Shown here piece after piece: positions 37,829 to 47,545 of a stretch of 64,000 nt of DNA; the stretch's first letter is position 1; each line of letters begins with the position of its first letter. Origin of the DNA: Chloroflexota bacterium (GTDB lineage: Bacteria > Chloroflexota > Dehalococcoidia > Dehalococcoidales > JAZDNC01); contig JAZDNC010000012.1 in NCBI GenBank assembly GCA_043800335.1, forward strand, positions 1,017 through 65,016, in the 5' to 3' direction. Made by a program: the position numbers and the translations under genes. The notes under the pieces were generated by a model. The model was given only the letters and a program-made list of their open reading frames with translations. It was not told the DNA's origin and did not search any database.

Positions 37829-38575
37829 ATGGAAAATAGACCCGCCATGTCTTTTTCAGGTATAAGCCCTACTCCTGGAGTTGACTCCGAAACATACAGC
37901 AGGTTCCTTAATTGGATGACCGAAGTTTATGCGCCTCTACACATGACAATTCCTGGGCGTACTGGAATGGACTCGTATAAAATTGTCACAGAAAGCCCCG
38001 AATATCCGTCATTGCTAAGTCTTCTCCATTACAAGAATATCCAGGCCAGAGAAGCCTCCCTTACAAACCCGGAGCGAATTGCAGTAGCCAATGAGCTCAA
38101 CGCATGGATAAAACGTCGAGTAATGGTATATGTTTGGGTCAATCCATACGAATTGGTCAAAAGTTTCAGGAACAAACAATTCAAGGAACAGAGCAAAGGA
38201 GATACAATGATTGAAAATGCCCCAATACTGCATATTGAGGGCTACCGATTTCGCCCGGGAGACCAAGAAAAGTATGCCAACTGGCTAAACGATTACGCTT
38301 CTAGCTCCTTTGTTCCTTTAATTATGAGGCTTCCTGGAATTAAGGGATATGATTTTTATGAAAATATTGGCGGCAAAACTTTGGTTGAAGCCAGGGAATG
38401 GGAATATCCTGACTCTCTTTCAGCACTGTATTTTGAAGACATGGTGGCATTTGAAAATTACACCAAAAGTCCCGAACTCCTTGCGCTTAAGAAGGGACTG
38501 CTTAACACTTTTCCCAATGGGCTAAATCTCAGGTGGTACGTCCAGTATCAACTCATAGGAAGCTGGAGGAAATAA
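37829..38575 (+). CDS. Hypothetical protein with an internal tandem domain duplication
   Basis: The two halves share ...Y..(F/W)LN...(A/V)PL...(I/L)PG..G.D.Y...EYP.(S)L..L(H)Y... Low GC. GGGGAGG lies before the ATG. Confidence 0.55.
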   Translation: MENRPAMSFSGISPTPGVDSETYSRFLNWMTEVYAPLHMTIPGRTGMDSYKIVTESPEYPSLLSLLHYKNIQAREASLTNPERIAVANELNAWIKRRVMVYVWVNPYELVKSFRNKQFKEQSKGDTMIENAPILHIEGYRFRPGDQEKYANWLNDYASSSFVPLIMRLPGIKGYDFYENIGGKTLVEAREWEYPDSLSALYFEDMVAFENYTKSPELLALKKGLLNTFPNGLNLRWYVQYQLIGSWRK

Positions 38576-38579
38576 GCTT

Positions 38580-41045
38580 CTAACTTACTTCATAAATGTC
38601 AGGGAAGACGCGCCTCAGCTCTTCCGCCAGCGCCTCATAATCTTTTTCGTTAAGCTCCGGGTCTTTCTCAAAAATTCTGGTCGCTTCACTCCGGGCAAGC
38701 TCAAGTAGCCTTATATCGCTCAGCTTTGCCATCTTGAGGTCGGGAAGCCCGCTCTGGCGGGTGCCGAAGAACTCGCCGGGACCCCTGAGTTTCAAGTCCT
38801 CTTCAGCGAGGACAAAGCCATCCTGCGTTCTTTCTATTATGTCAAGTCGCTCCCTGCCTATCTCCGAAGCCTCATCGGACAGAAGCATACAGTAGCTCTG
38901 AGCACTGCCACGCCCCACCCTCCCCCGGAACTGGTGTAACTGGGAAAGTCCAAAACGGCTAGCACTCTCAACCATCATCACCGTGGCATTGGGGACGTCA
39001 ATCCCTACCTCCACCACCGGCGTGGCGACTAGGATGTCAAAATTTCCGGAGTGGAAATGGCGCATGGCGTACTCCTTCTCCTGGGCCGTCATCCGCCCGT
39101 GTATCAGCCCCAGCTTGAGCCCCGGAAAGACCTCCCCCGCCAGACGCTCGTACTCGGTGGTCGCCGCCTTCGCCTCAATGGCTTCGGACTCCTCAATCAG
39201 GGGACAGATGATAAAAGCCTGATGCCCCGCTTTGACCTCTCTCTTTATCCATTCGTAGCCTGCCTGCCTCTGCACCGGCCTGAGCCACCTAGTCTTGATT
39301 TCGAGTCTTCCCGGAGGCATCTCATCAATTACCGATAAGTCCAGGTCCCCGTAAAGGGTGAGAGCAAGCGTTCTCGGAATGGGAGTTGCTGTCATCACCA
39401 GGATGTGCGGGCTGAAACCCTTCTGGCGGAGCATCTGACGCTGGGCGACGCCAAATCTATGCTGTTCATCAATCACGGCGAGAGTCAGGTCCTTGAAAGA
39501 GACCTCTTTCTGAATCAAGGCGTGCGTCCCGATGACGATATCAACCGTGCCGTCGGCGACTCCCTTTTGCACCGTCTCTTTCTTTGAAGCGCTCTCCGCT
39601 CCGATAAGCAGGGCAACCGTCACCTTACGCGTCGGGAAGGCCTGATAAGTACGAATATAACCTTCAGCGTCTCCTGTCTCTTTGCCCATCGTTACCAACA
39701 TCGTGCAGACGGTCTTGAAATGCTGCTCGGCAAGGATTTCGGTGGGCGCCATGAAAGCCCCTTGCATACCGTTAGTCACCGCCGTAAGGAGTGCGGCAGT
39801 TGCCACCACTGTCTTCCCGCTACCCACATCACCCTGAAGCAGGCGGGACATGGGAATGGGGCGCCCGAGGTCGGCAAGGATTTCCTTAAGCACCTTTCCC
39901 TGCGCTGAGGTTAGTTTAAACGACAGAGACTTTACAAAAGCCGTGAGCATCTCCGCCCGGACGGCAATGGGTTTTGCCGGCTGTCGCTCCTGATAGGTGC
40001 GTTTCCGGGTCATGACGCCGAGCTGAAGTAAGAAAAGTTCGTCAAAGGCAAGGCGCTCCCGCGCCCGGTCTTTTAACTCTTCGCTGTCGGGGAAGTGAGC
40101 CTGCAGGATGGCATCGGATATATTGAGAAGCTTATCTCTGTCAACAATATCTCGGGGCAGGAAATCCTTCACATTCGGCGCCCACCGCGTTACGACATCC
40201 TTCATAAGCCTTCTCACCTGACGGGGATGAAGACCTTCGGTCAGGTGATAGACCGGCACCAGCCGACCGGCATGGGTCAGCTCTTTATCCTCTTCTTCGC
40301 TGAGAAGCTCCCACTCCGGAGACTGAAAGACGGGTCGTCCCTGGAAATTACCCACCCTGCCACTCAGAACGATACGGCTGTTGGTGGTGAGCCGCTTCGC
40401 GATATAGGGATTATTGAACCAGACGACCCTGACGTTACCCGTTTCATCACCGACAATAGCCTCGGTGGAGCGTCTGCCGCCGATGAACTTGACCCCCGCC
40501 TCCCAGACATTGGCGATTACGGTCTCTTCCCGACCCTCCGTAAGCTCGGAGATGTGACGCCTTTCGCTGTAGTTAAGATGCCGGTGAGGGAAAAAGTAGA
40601 TGAGGTCTCTTACGGTTTTTACCCCGAGCCGGTTAAAGCGGGGCGTAAGAGCCATACCGATGCCCTTTACCACAGTTATCGGTGAATCGAGCTTGATTCC
40701 GGAGTCAACACTCGGTTTCGATTTTACCGACTTTACTTTAGGGCTTCTGGATAATGCCGCTTTGGCACTGATGTATGACTTGGGTGACTCAAGAAGGGAA
40801 AGGAATGCCAGAACGTTATCAATCCAGACTTTACGCTCCTCTGCAGTCATAGAGACATAGCCCGGCGCATCCAGCCTAAGCTCACGGAAGCGGAAAAGAT
40901 AACGTGGCAGGGTAATAGACTCTACCGCCGTGGCACTCCAGTTGCGGAGAAACTTGTCCAGACCACCGAAAACCGCTTGGTTCTGGTAACCCTTCTTCTT
41001 CTCCAGTTCCAGAACCCGCCAGAGCGGTTCGGCGTTAAGTGGCAA
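38580..41045 (-). CDS. recG: ATP-dependent DNA helicase RecG
   Basis: LQGDVGSGKT, DEQHRFG and the QLHQFRGRVGRG motif. N-terminal wedge domain. 821 aa. Confidence 0.95.
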   Translation of the reverse strand: MPLNAEPLWRVLELEKKKGYQNQAVFGGLDKFLRNWSATAVESITLPRYLFRFRELRLDAPGYVSMTAEERKVWIDNVLAFLSLLESPKSYISAKAALSRSPKVKSVKSKPSVDSGIKLDSPITVVKGIGMALTPRFNRLGVKTVRDLIYFFPHRHLNYSERRHISELTEGREETVIANVWEAGVKFIGGRRSTEAIVGDETGNVRVVWFNNPYIAKRLTTNSRIVLSGRVGNFQGRPVFQSPEWELLSEEEDKELTHAGRLVPVYHLTEGLHPRQVRRLMKDVVTRWAPNVKDFLPRDIVDRDKLLNISDAILQAHFPDSEELKDRARERLAFDELFLLQLGVMTRKRTYQERQPAKPIAVRAEMLTAFVKSLSFKLTSAQGKVLKEILADLGRPIPMSRLLQGDVGSGKTVVATAALLTAVTNGMQGAFMAPTEILAEQHFKTVCTMLVTMGKETGDAEGYIRTYQAFPTRKVTVALLIGAESASKKETVQKGVADGTVDIVIGTHALIQKEVSFKDLTLAVIDEQHRFGVAQRQMLRQKGFSPHILVMTATPIPRTLALTLYGDLDLSVIDEMPPGRLEIKTRWLRPVQRQAGYEWIKREVKAGHQAFIICPLIEESEAIEAKAATTEYERLAGEVFPGLKLGLIHGRMTAQEKEYAMRHFHSGNFDILVATPVVEVGIDVPNATVMMVESASRFGLSQLHQFRGRVGRGSAQSYCMLLSDEASEIGRERLDIIERTQDGFVLAEEDLKLRGPGEFFGTRQSGLPDLKMAKLSDIRLLELARSEATRIFEKDPELNEKDYEALAEELRRVFPDIYEVS

Positions 41046-41059
41046 GTCCAGCCTCCCCG

Positions 41060-41920
41060 TTACTTGTCGCCCAGCACCGAGACCGAAATCACTCCGGGCC
41101 CGACATAGGTGCCGATGACCGGGCTCACCGTCGCCTTGATGATACGCTCTCTGGGGAAGATACTGCCCAGCCGCTGCATCAGGGCGTCGGCATCTTGGGG
41201 CGTAGTGGCATACTCCACCGCCAGCTCGTCAATCTTGGAGAAGCCCTTGACGAAGTTAAAGAGGTAATCCATTCCTGCCTGGCGGGAACGCACCCGGGTC
41301 ACCGGGGCAACTTCCCCCTCGTCCACCGTCAGGACTGGCTTCACCGAAAGCAGCGAGCCAAGGAGTCCCTGGGCTTTGCCGATTCTGCCACCCTTGGCCA
41401 GATACTTCAGGGTATCCAGACACATGATGGCATGGGAACGGGTAATGTCTTTCTGCACCTTGGACACAAGCTCGTCAAGCCGGGCACCCTTCTTCGCAAC
41501 TTTACAGACGGCAGCCACAATCACCCCAAGCCCCATTACGACCGTCTTGGAGTCAATAACCTCAATCCGAACTGTGTTCCCCATCATTCGCTTGGCAGCC
41601 TGGGCTGATTCGAAAGTCCCACTGAGCTTGGCAGAGAGGTTTACCACCAGAATCTCGTTCGTCTCCTCCGCCAGTTTCTTATAGACCTCGAGGAAATCAT
41701 TGGGCGTGGGCTGAGTGGTCGAAGGCCAGTTGGTGTCATTAACCAGACGGTGGTAGAACTCATCGGTCGTTATCTCAATCCGGTCTTTATAAACCTTGTC
41801 GCCGAAGCGCACGTAGACCGGGACTACGGTGACTCCCAGCTCTTTAGCCAAGTCACCGGTGATATCGGCGAGGCTGTCGGTAACAATCCTGACTGACATC
41901 TTATCCTCTCTCTTAATCAT
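41060..41920 (-). CDS. DegV-family fatty-acid-binding protein
   Basis: IVTDSLADI start. 286 aa. ATGA overlap with the upstream DAK2 gene. Confidence 0.88.
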   Translation of the reverse strand: MIKREDKMSVRIVTDSLADITGDLAKELGVTVVPVYVRFGDKVYKDRIEITTDEFYHRLVNDTNWPSTTQPTPNDFLEVYKKLAEETNEILVVNLSAKLSGTFESAQAAKRMMGNTVRIEVIDSKTVVMGLGVIVAAVCKVAKKGARLDELVSKVQKDITRSHAIMCLDTLKYLAKGGRIGKAQGLLGSLLSVKPVLTVDEGEVAPVTRVRSRQAGMDYLFNFVKGFSKIDELAVEYATTPQDADALMQRLGSIFPRERIIKATVSPVIGTYVGPGVISVSVLGDK

Positions 41921-43548
41921 TCTACCGAGATGATGTATTCATAGTGGGGTTGCTCACCCTTGACCACCTCAACTTGAAGATGGGAGTACTTACTACCCAG
42001 TGTTGTCTTCACCTCTTCCGCCTGAGCCTGCCCGATACCCGCCCCGTAATAGACGGTAAGCACCTGGGCTTTATCCAGCTCTAGACGCGAGAAGACCTTA
42101 CCCAAGACGTCCTGAATCTCATTACCGACGGCTACCAAGTCCCCATCAAGGAAGCCGATGTACTGTTTTCGCTTAATGTTGAGACCGCCAAGGCGAGCCG
42201 AGCGCACGGCGCGGGTCACCTCAATTGACCTGACCGTAGACCTCGCCTTTTTCATAATCTCGATGTTGGTCTCGAACTCCGCCTCATAATCAAAGGCGAT
42301 GACTGCGGCGACACCCTGCGGGATTGACTCCGTAGGCACCACCTCAACCCTTTTACCCGTCAGCGACTGGACCTGTTTCGCGGCGGGGATTATGTTCCGG
42401 TTGTTGGGCAGAATGATAACCTTCTCTGAAGCCACTGCCTCTACCGCTTTGAGCAGGTCTTTGGTAGAGGGATTCATCGTCTGCCCACCTGGGACGACCG
42501 CGGCTACTCCCAGACTGTTAAAGACCTCGGTAAGCCCGTCCCCAGCGACAACGGTGACAATAGCGACATCGGTGGTCGGAGCCCTCTCCTTACGCATATC
42601 GAGAAAGTCCTGATACTGCTCATCCATGTTGCGGACGCTCACCTGGTGCATCGTGCCCAGAGACGTAGCGTAGTTGATAACCTCCCCCGGCTCAAGGGTG
42701 TGGATATGAACCCTGACCGTGGACTTATCGCCCACCACGATGAGAGACTCCCCTTTCTTCACCAGCTTCTTTCGAACCTTACCCGGGTTAAGCCCCTCAC
42801 CTTTAAGCAAGAACTCGGTACAATAGCCGAAGGGCACCTCGTCCACTACTCTCCGAGGCATCTGCCCCCTGAGCGGCACCTCTGAGGCAATCACCTGCGG
42901 CTTACGGAACTGCATCTGGTCGGTTTCTCCCATAAGATAGTGCAGTGCGCCCTCCAAAATGGTGTAAAGCCCCTGTCCCCCGGCATCAACCACCCCTGCC
43001 TCACGCAAGACCGGAAGCAAGGTAGGTGTCTTTGCCACCGACTCGCGAGCCGCTTGAACGGCGGCTTCCACGACCGCGGCGATATCATCACCGTCTTCTG
43101 CCACCTTCGCTTCAGCCGCCTTAGCAACATCTTTGATGACCGTCAGAATTGTTCCTTCAACCGGATTGCTTACGCCGCTATAAGCGGTGCGTGAGGCTAA
43201 TTTAAGAGCCTCGGCAAAGGCTTTCCCGGAGACTTCTTCTTTCCCGGCGAGGCTCTCGGCGAGCCCCCGCCATATCTGGGAGAGGATAACCCCGGAGTTA
43301 CCTCGGGCACCCAGAAGCGCACCCTTGGCAATCGCCTGAGCGACCCCGGCGGTCGAGTGGTCGGGAGCGCGGTAGGCTTCTTCCACCGAGGAGCGCATGG
43401 TAAGAAGCATGTTGGTGCCAGTATCGCCGTCAGGCACCGGAAAGACATTCAGCGCGTCTATGTCAGAAGCACTCTTCTCCAGCCAGGAAGTAGCGGCCTG
43501 GAACATGTCCCTGAGGTCCTGACCGCTAACCGAGCTAAGTCGCTTCAT
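41917..43548 (-). CDS. DAK2-domain fusion protein (YloV family)
   Basis: FPVPDGDTGTNM DhaL-like motif. About 540 aa. Conserved rpmB / yloV / degV / recG neighbourhood. Confidence 0.88.
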   Translation of the reverse strand: MKRLSSVSGQDLRDMFQAATSWLEKSASDIDALNVFPVPDGDTGTNMLLTMRSSVEEAYRAPDHSTAGVAQAIAKGALLGARGNSGVILSQIWRGLAESLAGKEEVSGKAFAEALKLASRTAYSGVSNPVEGTILTVIKDVAKAAEAKVAEDGDDIAAVVEAAVQAARESVAKTPTLLPVLREAGVVDAGGQGLYTILEGALHYLMGETDQMQFRKPQVIASEVPLRGQMPRRVVDEVPFGYCTEFLLKGEGLNPGKVRKKLVKKGESLIVVGDKSTVRVHIHTLEPGEVINYATSLGTMHQVSVRNMDEQYQDFLDMRKERAPTTDVAIVTVVAGDGLTEVFNSLGVAAVVPGGQTMNPSTKDLLKAVEAVASEKVIILPNNRNIIPAAKQVQSLTGKRVEVVPTESIPQGVAAVIAFDYEAEFETNIEIMKKARSTVRSIEVTRAVRSARLGGLNIKRKQYIGFLDGDLVAVGNEIQDVLGKVFSRLELDKAQVLTVYYGAGIGQAQAEEVKTTLGSKYSHLQVEVVKGEQPHYEYIISVE

Positions 43549-43679
43549 TTTAGCCTCCTTTTACCCGTTGTCCACCCAATAACTACCCCGCCACCTTTCC
43601 TTGCCAAGTGTTACTACTTATGCTAATATGCTTTGGTATTTTATACCAAGTTTTGCTATTCGTCAAAGGAGTTTCCACG

Positions 43680-43892
43680 ATGAAATGCGATATCTGCGGT
43701 AAGGTGGCTGACTTCGGGCACAACGTGAGCCACTCCAAACAGCGCACCAACCGCCGCTTCATGCCCAATATCCATCCGGCAACCGTTACCATCAACGGTG
43801 AGACCAAGCACCTTAAAGTGTGCACCAGATGTATCAGAACCCTGAACAAGGTAGCGACTGCTGAGACAAATAAATCCAGCACTCCACCATAG
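43680..43892 (+). CDS. rpmB: 50S ribosomal protein L28
   Basis: MKCDICGK...GHNVSHSKQRTNRRFMPN. AAGGAG lies before the ATG at 43680. Confidence 0.92.
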   Translation: MKCDICGKVADFGHNVSHSKQRTNRRFMPNIHPATVTINGETKHLKVCTRCIRTLNKVATAETNKSSTPP

Positions 43893-43917
43893 CCTTCCTC
43901 TCGAGGCTATTTGCTCT

Positions 43918-44925
43918 TCAGAAATCAGAAATCTGGAGTCTCAGCCCGGGAACCACATCCAGGTCCAGCCCGCTGACCCTGCCTGACTGAAAGTGGTAAT
44001 ACCCGCAGGCGGCAATCATGGCGCCGTTATCGGTACAGAGAATAGGGGGAGGTATCACCACCGGTATTGGTGAGTCCCTGCGGAAGCGTTCGGCGAGCTT
44101 CCGGTTGGCAGCGACCCCCCCGGCGACCAGAATCTGTTTAACCCCGTATTCCTTCGCCGCCTCAAGTGTCTTGCCCACTAGGACCTCAACTACCGCTTCC
44201 TGAAAGCTGGCGGCGGCGTCAGCGGCAGCGGAATCGCCTGAGATTTTACCCCCCTCAACCAGACGGAGCAGGGCGGTCTTGAGCCCGCTAAAGCTGAAAT
44301 CAAAACTCCCTCTCAGCCAAGCGCGGGGCAGGTTAAGAGAAGGAATACCTCTGCGGGCTGCCTGCTCAATGGCGGGACCCCCGGGGTAGCCAAGCCCCAG
44401 AATCCGGGCTGCCTTGTCAAAGGCTTCCCCGGCGGCGTCATCACGGGTCTCCCCAATCAGGGTGTAATCCCCGTGCCCCTTCATGAGGACAAGGTCGCTG
44501 TGTCCCCCCGAGACGATAAGGGCGATGAGAGGAAAATGAATCTCATTGCCGGTAAGGAAGCAGGCATAGATGTGCCCCTCAAGATGATTTACCCCGCTAA
44601 AGGGCAGGGCATGTGCCAGAGCGATGGCTTTGGCGACGTTCACCCCGACCAGAAGTGAACCAGCCAGCCCGGGACCGTTGGTCACGGCGATGCCGTCCAG
44701 CTCCTTCCAGGCAACCTGAGCTTCATCCATCGCCCGGGTGATAATCGGGAGAATCGCCAGAATGTGCTGCCGGGAAGCAACCTCGGGCACCACCCCGCCG
44801 TAGCGGGCATGGATGTCCACCTGCGAGGCAATCATGTTGGACAGGACCCTCTCCCCATCCTCGACCACCGCCGCCGCCGTCTCATCGCAGGAGGTGTCAA
44901 TCCCCAAGATTTTCATCGGGCGCAT
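43918..44925 (-). CDS. tsaD: tRNA N6-adenosine threonylcarbamoyltransferase
   Basis: [16 protein letters not shown] and SGGHS motifs. The start (44925 or 44916) is uncertain. Confidence 0.92.
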   Translation of the reverse strand: MRPMKILGIDTSCDETAAAVVEDGERVLSNMIASQVDIHARYGGVVPEVASRQHILAILPIITRAMDEAQVAWKELDGIAVTNGPGLAGSLLVGVNVAKAIALAHALPFSGVNHLEGHIYACFLTGNEIHFPLIALIVSGGHSDLVLMKGHGDYTLIGETRDDAAGEAFDKAARILGLGYPGGPAIEQAARRGIPSLNLPRAWLRGSFDFSFSGLKTALLRLVEGGKISGDSAAADAAASFQEAVVEVLVGKTLEAAKEYGVKQILVAGGVAANRKLAERFRRDSPIPVVIPPPILCTDNGAMIAACGYYHFQSGRVSGLDLDVVPGLRLQISDF

Positions 44926-44990
44926 TATAGCACAGCTTTGACAGCCAAAATAGCGAATGTTATTATGAGTTGACATACTTTAGACTGACT

Positions 44991-46268
44991 ATGACATTAG
45001 AAAACTACATCTACCTGAGCCTGCTGGTTATATGCATTGTGCTTTCCGCGTTCTTTGCCGGCGCGGAAACCGCTTTCATGTCGCTCTCAAAGCTCAGAGT
45101 CCAGCACATGATTGAGACCAAGGCAAAGGGGGCAAGACGCGTCGCCCGCCTTCTGGAAAAGCCGGAGCGCCTTCTCTACACCGTGCTCCTGGGCAATATG
45201 TTTGTCAATACGGCAGCCTCTGCGCTGGCGACACTGCTCGCGGTATCACTGGCGGGCGTCCGGCAAGGAGCCCTCATCGCCACATTCGGACTCACCTTCA
45301 TCCTGCTCATCTTCGGCGACAGCACCCCCAAGACGATAGCCGTCCGTCATAATGAACGGGTTGCGACTAGCTTCGCCCGCCCGATGGAGCTAATCTCCCG
45401 CTTGCTTATGCCGGTCGTCGCCGCACTTAGCTGGATTACCTCCCGCCTGACCCGGGCGGTGGACAGAAAGCCGGCACCCCATCCTGCCACCAGCACCGAG
45501 GAAATCCGCACCCTGATAAGGATGGGCTACAAAGAAGGGACAGTGGACGAGGATGAAGCCGAGATGCTCTACAATGTCTTTGAGTTCGGCGACCGCCCGG
45601 TACGGGAAATCATGGTGCCCCGCACCGACATCGCTGGTCTGGAGCAGGGTTCAAAAGTCGCCGACTACTTTGCTCTTTATTCAAGACTCCCCCTGTCCTA
45701 GGTCCCCGTCTACAAAAACAATCTGGACAATATCATCGGTATCCTTTCCGAAAAAGACATCCTCGTCGGCTTAGCTAATGGCAGTCTTAATCAGGACTCC
45801 CCGGTGGTTAAGCTCATCCGCCCTGTCTATTTCACCCCCGAGAGCAAGCTAGTGAGCAAGCTCTTTAGTGAGATGCGGGAGTCCAATTACCGCATGGCGG
45901 TGGTAGTGGATGAGTACGGCGGCACCGCCGGCATCATGAGCTTCGCCCGCATGGCGGAGGAGGTCATCGGCAAGGTCGGCGATGAGCTGGGTACGGCAGA
46001 CAAAGACTTTGAGATAGTCAATGAGTCTACCTTCCAGGTGGATGGCAGTATGCGGATTGTTGAAGTAAATGAGGAGCTCAAGCTCAGCTTACCTGAAGGT
46101 GATTATGAAACCGTGGCGGGTTTCGTTTTAAGCGTTCTGGGGCACATTCCAAGACAGGGAGAGCAGTTACACTATAAAAATCTCAAGCTAACCATCACCC
46201 GGATGCAGGGGGTTAAGATAGAGGAAGTTCTTTTCACCAGGGAAGAGCATGGAGCGATTGCGCCTTAA
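44991..46268 (+). pseudogene. CNNM/HlyC/CorC-family protein (DUF21-CBS-CorC_HlyC) interrupted by an in-frame TAG
   Basis: Track ORFs 44970..45701 and 45804..46268 are in the same frame. The only interruption is TAG at 45699..45701, inside a 15-bp insertion relative to the family motif SR(F/L)PVY. Confidence 0.75.
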
Positions 46269-46923
46269 GTTCAGCCGGGGGGAAGAGCTCAAGTTCATCT
46301 CCCACCTCGACATGAGCCGGCTCTGGCAGAGGGCTTTCCAGCGGGCAGAGATACCACTCGCCTATTCACAGGGGTTCAATCCCCACCCCCGCATCGCCTT
46401 CGCCGCCCCCCTCCCCGTCGGCGCCACCAGTCAGGCTGAACTCATGGACATCGAGTGCTACCGCAGTATCCCTGTCCCCTATTTTATGACCCTGATGAAA
46501 AAAGAGCTACCAAAAGGAATTGAGCTACTCAGCGCCTATCAGGTGGCTTTGCTACTCCCCTCCCTCCAGTCGCAGGTGAGCTTTGCCGAATATCAGGTGG
46601 CTATGGACAGCGAAAAAAGCCGGGAAGAGGTGGAACAGAATATAGCCTACCTTCTCTCTTTAAAAGAACTACCCTGGCACCATGAGCGGGATACCGGGAC
46701 ACGCCATTATGACTTGAGAGCGCTCGTATCCAAGCTGTGGCTTATTGACTGCCAGGAGGGTCTGGTCACACTGGGAATGAGATTGCGTTGTGATGAGACC
46801 GGCTCGGGGAGACCGGAGCAGGTGGCACTGGCTCTGGGGTTCACCGGCTCGCCGCGCCTCATCCACCGCACCGAGCTTATCCTGAAAAAGCTAGAACTTC
46901 ATAAAAATCTGAAGAGGTATTGA
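46249..46923 (+). CDS. DUF2344 / TIGR03936-type radical-SAM-associated protein
   Basis: LKFSRGEELKFISHLDMSRLWQRAFQRAEIPLAYSQGFNPHPRI signature. Confidence 0.8.
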   Translation: MERLRLKFSRGEELKFISHLDMSRLWQRAFQRAEIPLAYSQGFNPHPRIAFAAPLPVGATSQAELMDIECYRSIPVPYFMTLMKKELPKGIELLSAYQVALLLPSLQSQVSFAEYQVAMDSEKSREEVEQNIAYLLSLKELPWHHERDTGTRHYDLRALVSKLWLIDCQEGLVTLGMRLRCDETGSGRPEQVALALGFTGSPRLIHRTELILKKLELHKNLKRY

Positions 46924-47537
46924 TGCTGAGAGTGATTTTAATCAGGCACGCCCAGACCAGCTGGAACCAGTCAAGGCGCATCCAGGGAGGCGGTCACGAC
47001 ACCATCCTGAACGAAGAAGGTGAAAGACAGTGCCGCTGCCTTATCGAGAGATTCAAAAAAGAAGAGGTGAGAGGCGTCTATTCCAGCCCCCTGAGCCGGG
47101 CGCTCGCCACCGCCACGGCGATTGCCCAGTGCTACGGGCTTAAGGTAACCGTTGAGGAGGCTTTCCGGGAGATTGACTGCGGGACGATGGCGGGAACGCC
47201 CATCGGTGAGATTGGCAGCCGTCTCCAGCAACTGGTCAAGGGCGGGGACGAGTCCGAGCTTCTCTTCAAGAGCTGTGGCGGTGAAGCCCTGGAAGAACTG
47301 CAAAAGCGCGCCTGGGACGCTGTCCTGCGTATCGCCGAGAAACATCAGGACGGCACCGTAATCGTGGTCAGCCACTACTTTGTCATCGCCGCTATCATCA
47401 GCGCCGTACTGGGACTCCCGGCGACCCAGCTCGGCAGATTCCGGATTGGCGAGACCAGTGTGAGCGCCATCAATTTTGACAGCTACGGGCCATTTCTTTC
47501 ACTCTTTAACGACCGCTGTCATCTCATAAACACCTAG
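46920..47537 (+). CDS. Histidine phosphatase family protein (phosphoglycerate mutase-like)
   Basis: LIRHAQTSWN (RHG motif) and later VSHYFVI. Confidence 0.85.
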   Translation: MMLRVILIRHAQTSWNQSRRIQGGGHDTILNEEGERQCRCLIERFKKEEVRGVYSSPLSRALATATAIAQCYGLKVTVEEAFREIDCGTMAGTPIGEIGSRLQQLVKGGDESELLFKSCGGEALEELQKRAWDAVLRIAEKHQDGTVIVVSHYFVIAAIISAVLGLPATQLGRFRIGETSVSAINFDSYGPFLSLFNDRCHLINT

Positions 47538-47545
47538 CGTGTCCT

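Noticed and set aside
45699-45701. In-frame TAG in the CorC/CNNM gene as pyrrolysine or programmed read-through.
   Set aside because: The TAG sits inside a 15-bp insertion absent from the family consensus. No pyl genes or methylamine methyltransferase context is visible. An insertion lesion is the simpler explanation.
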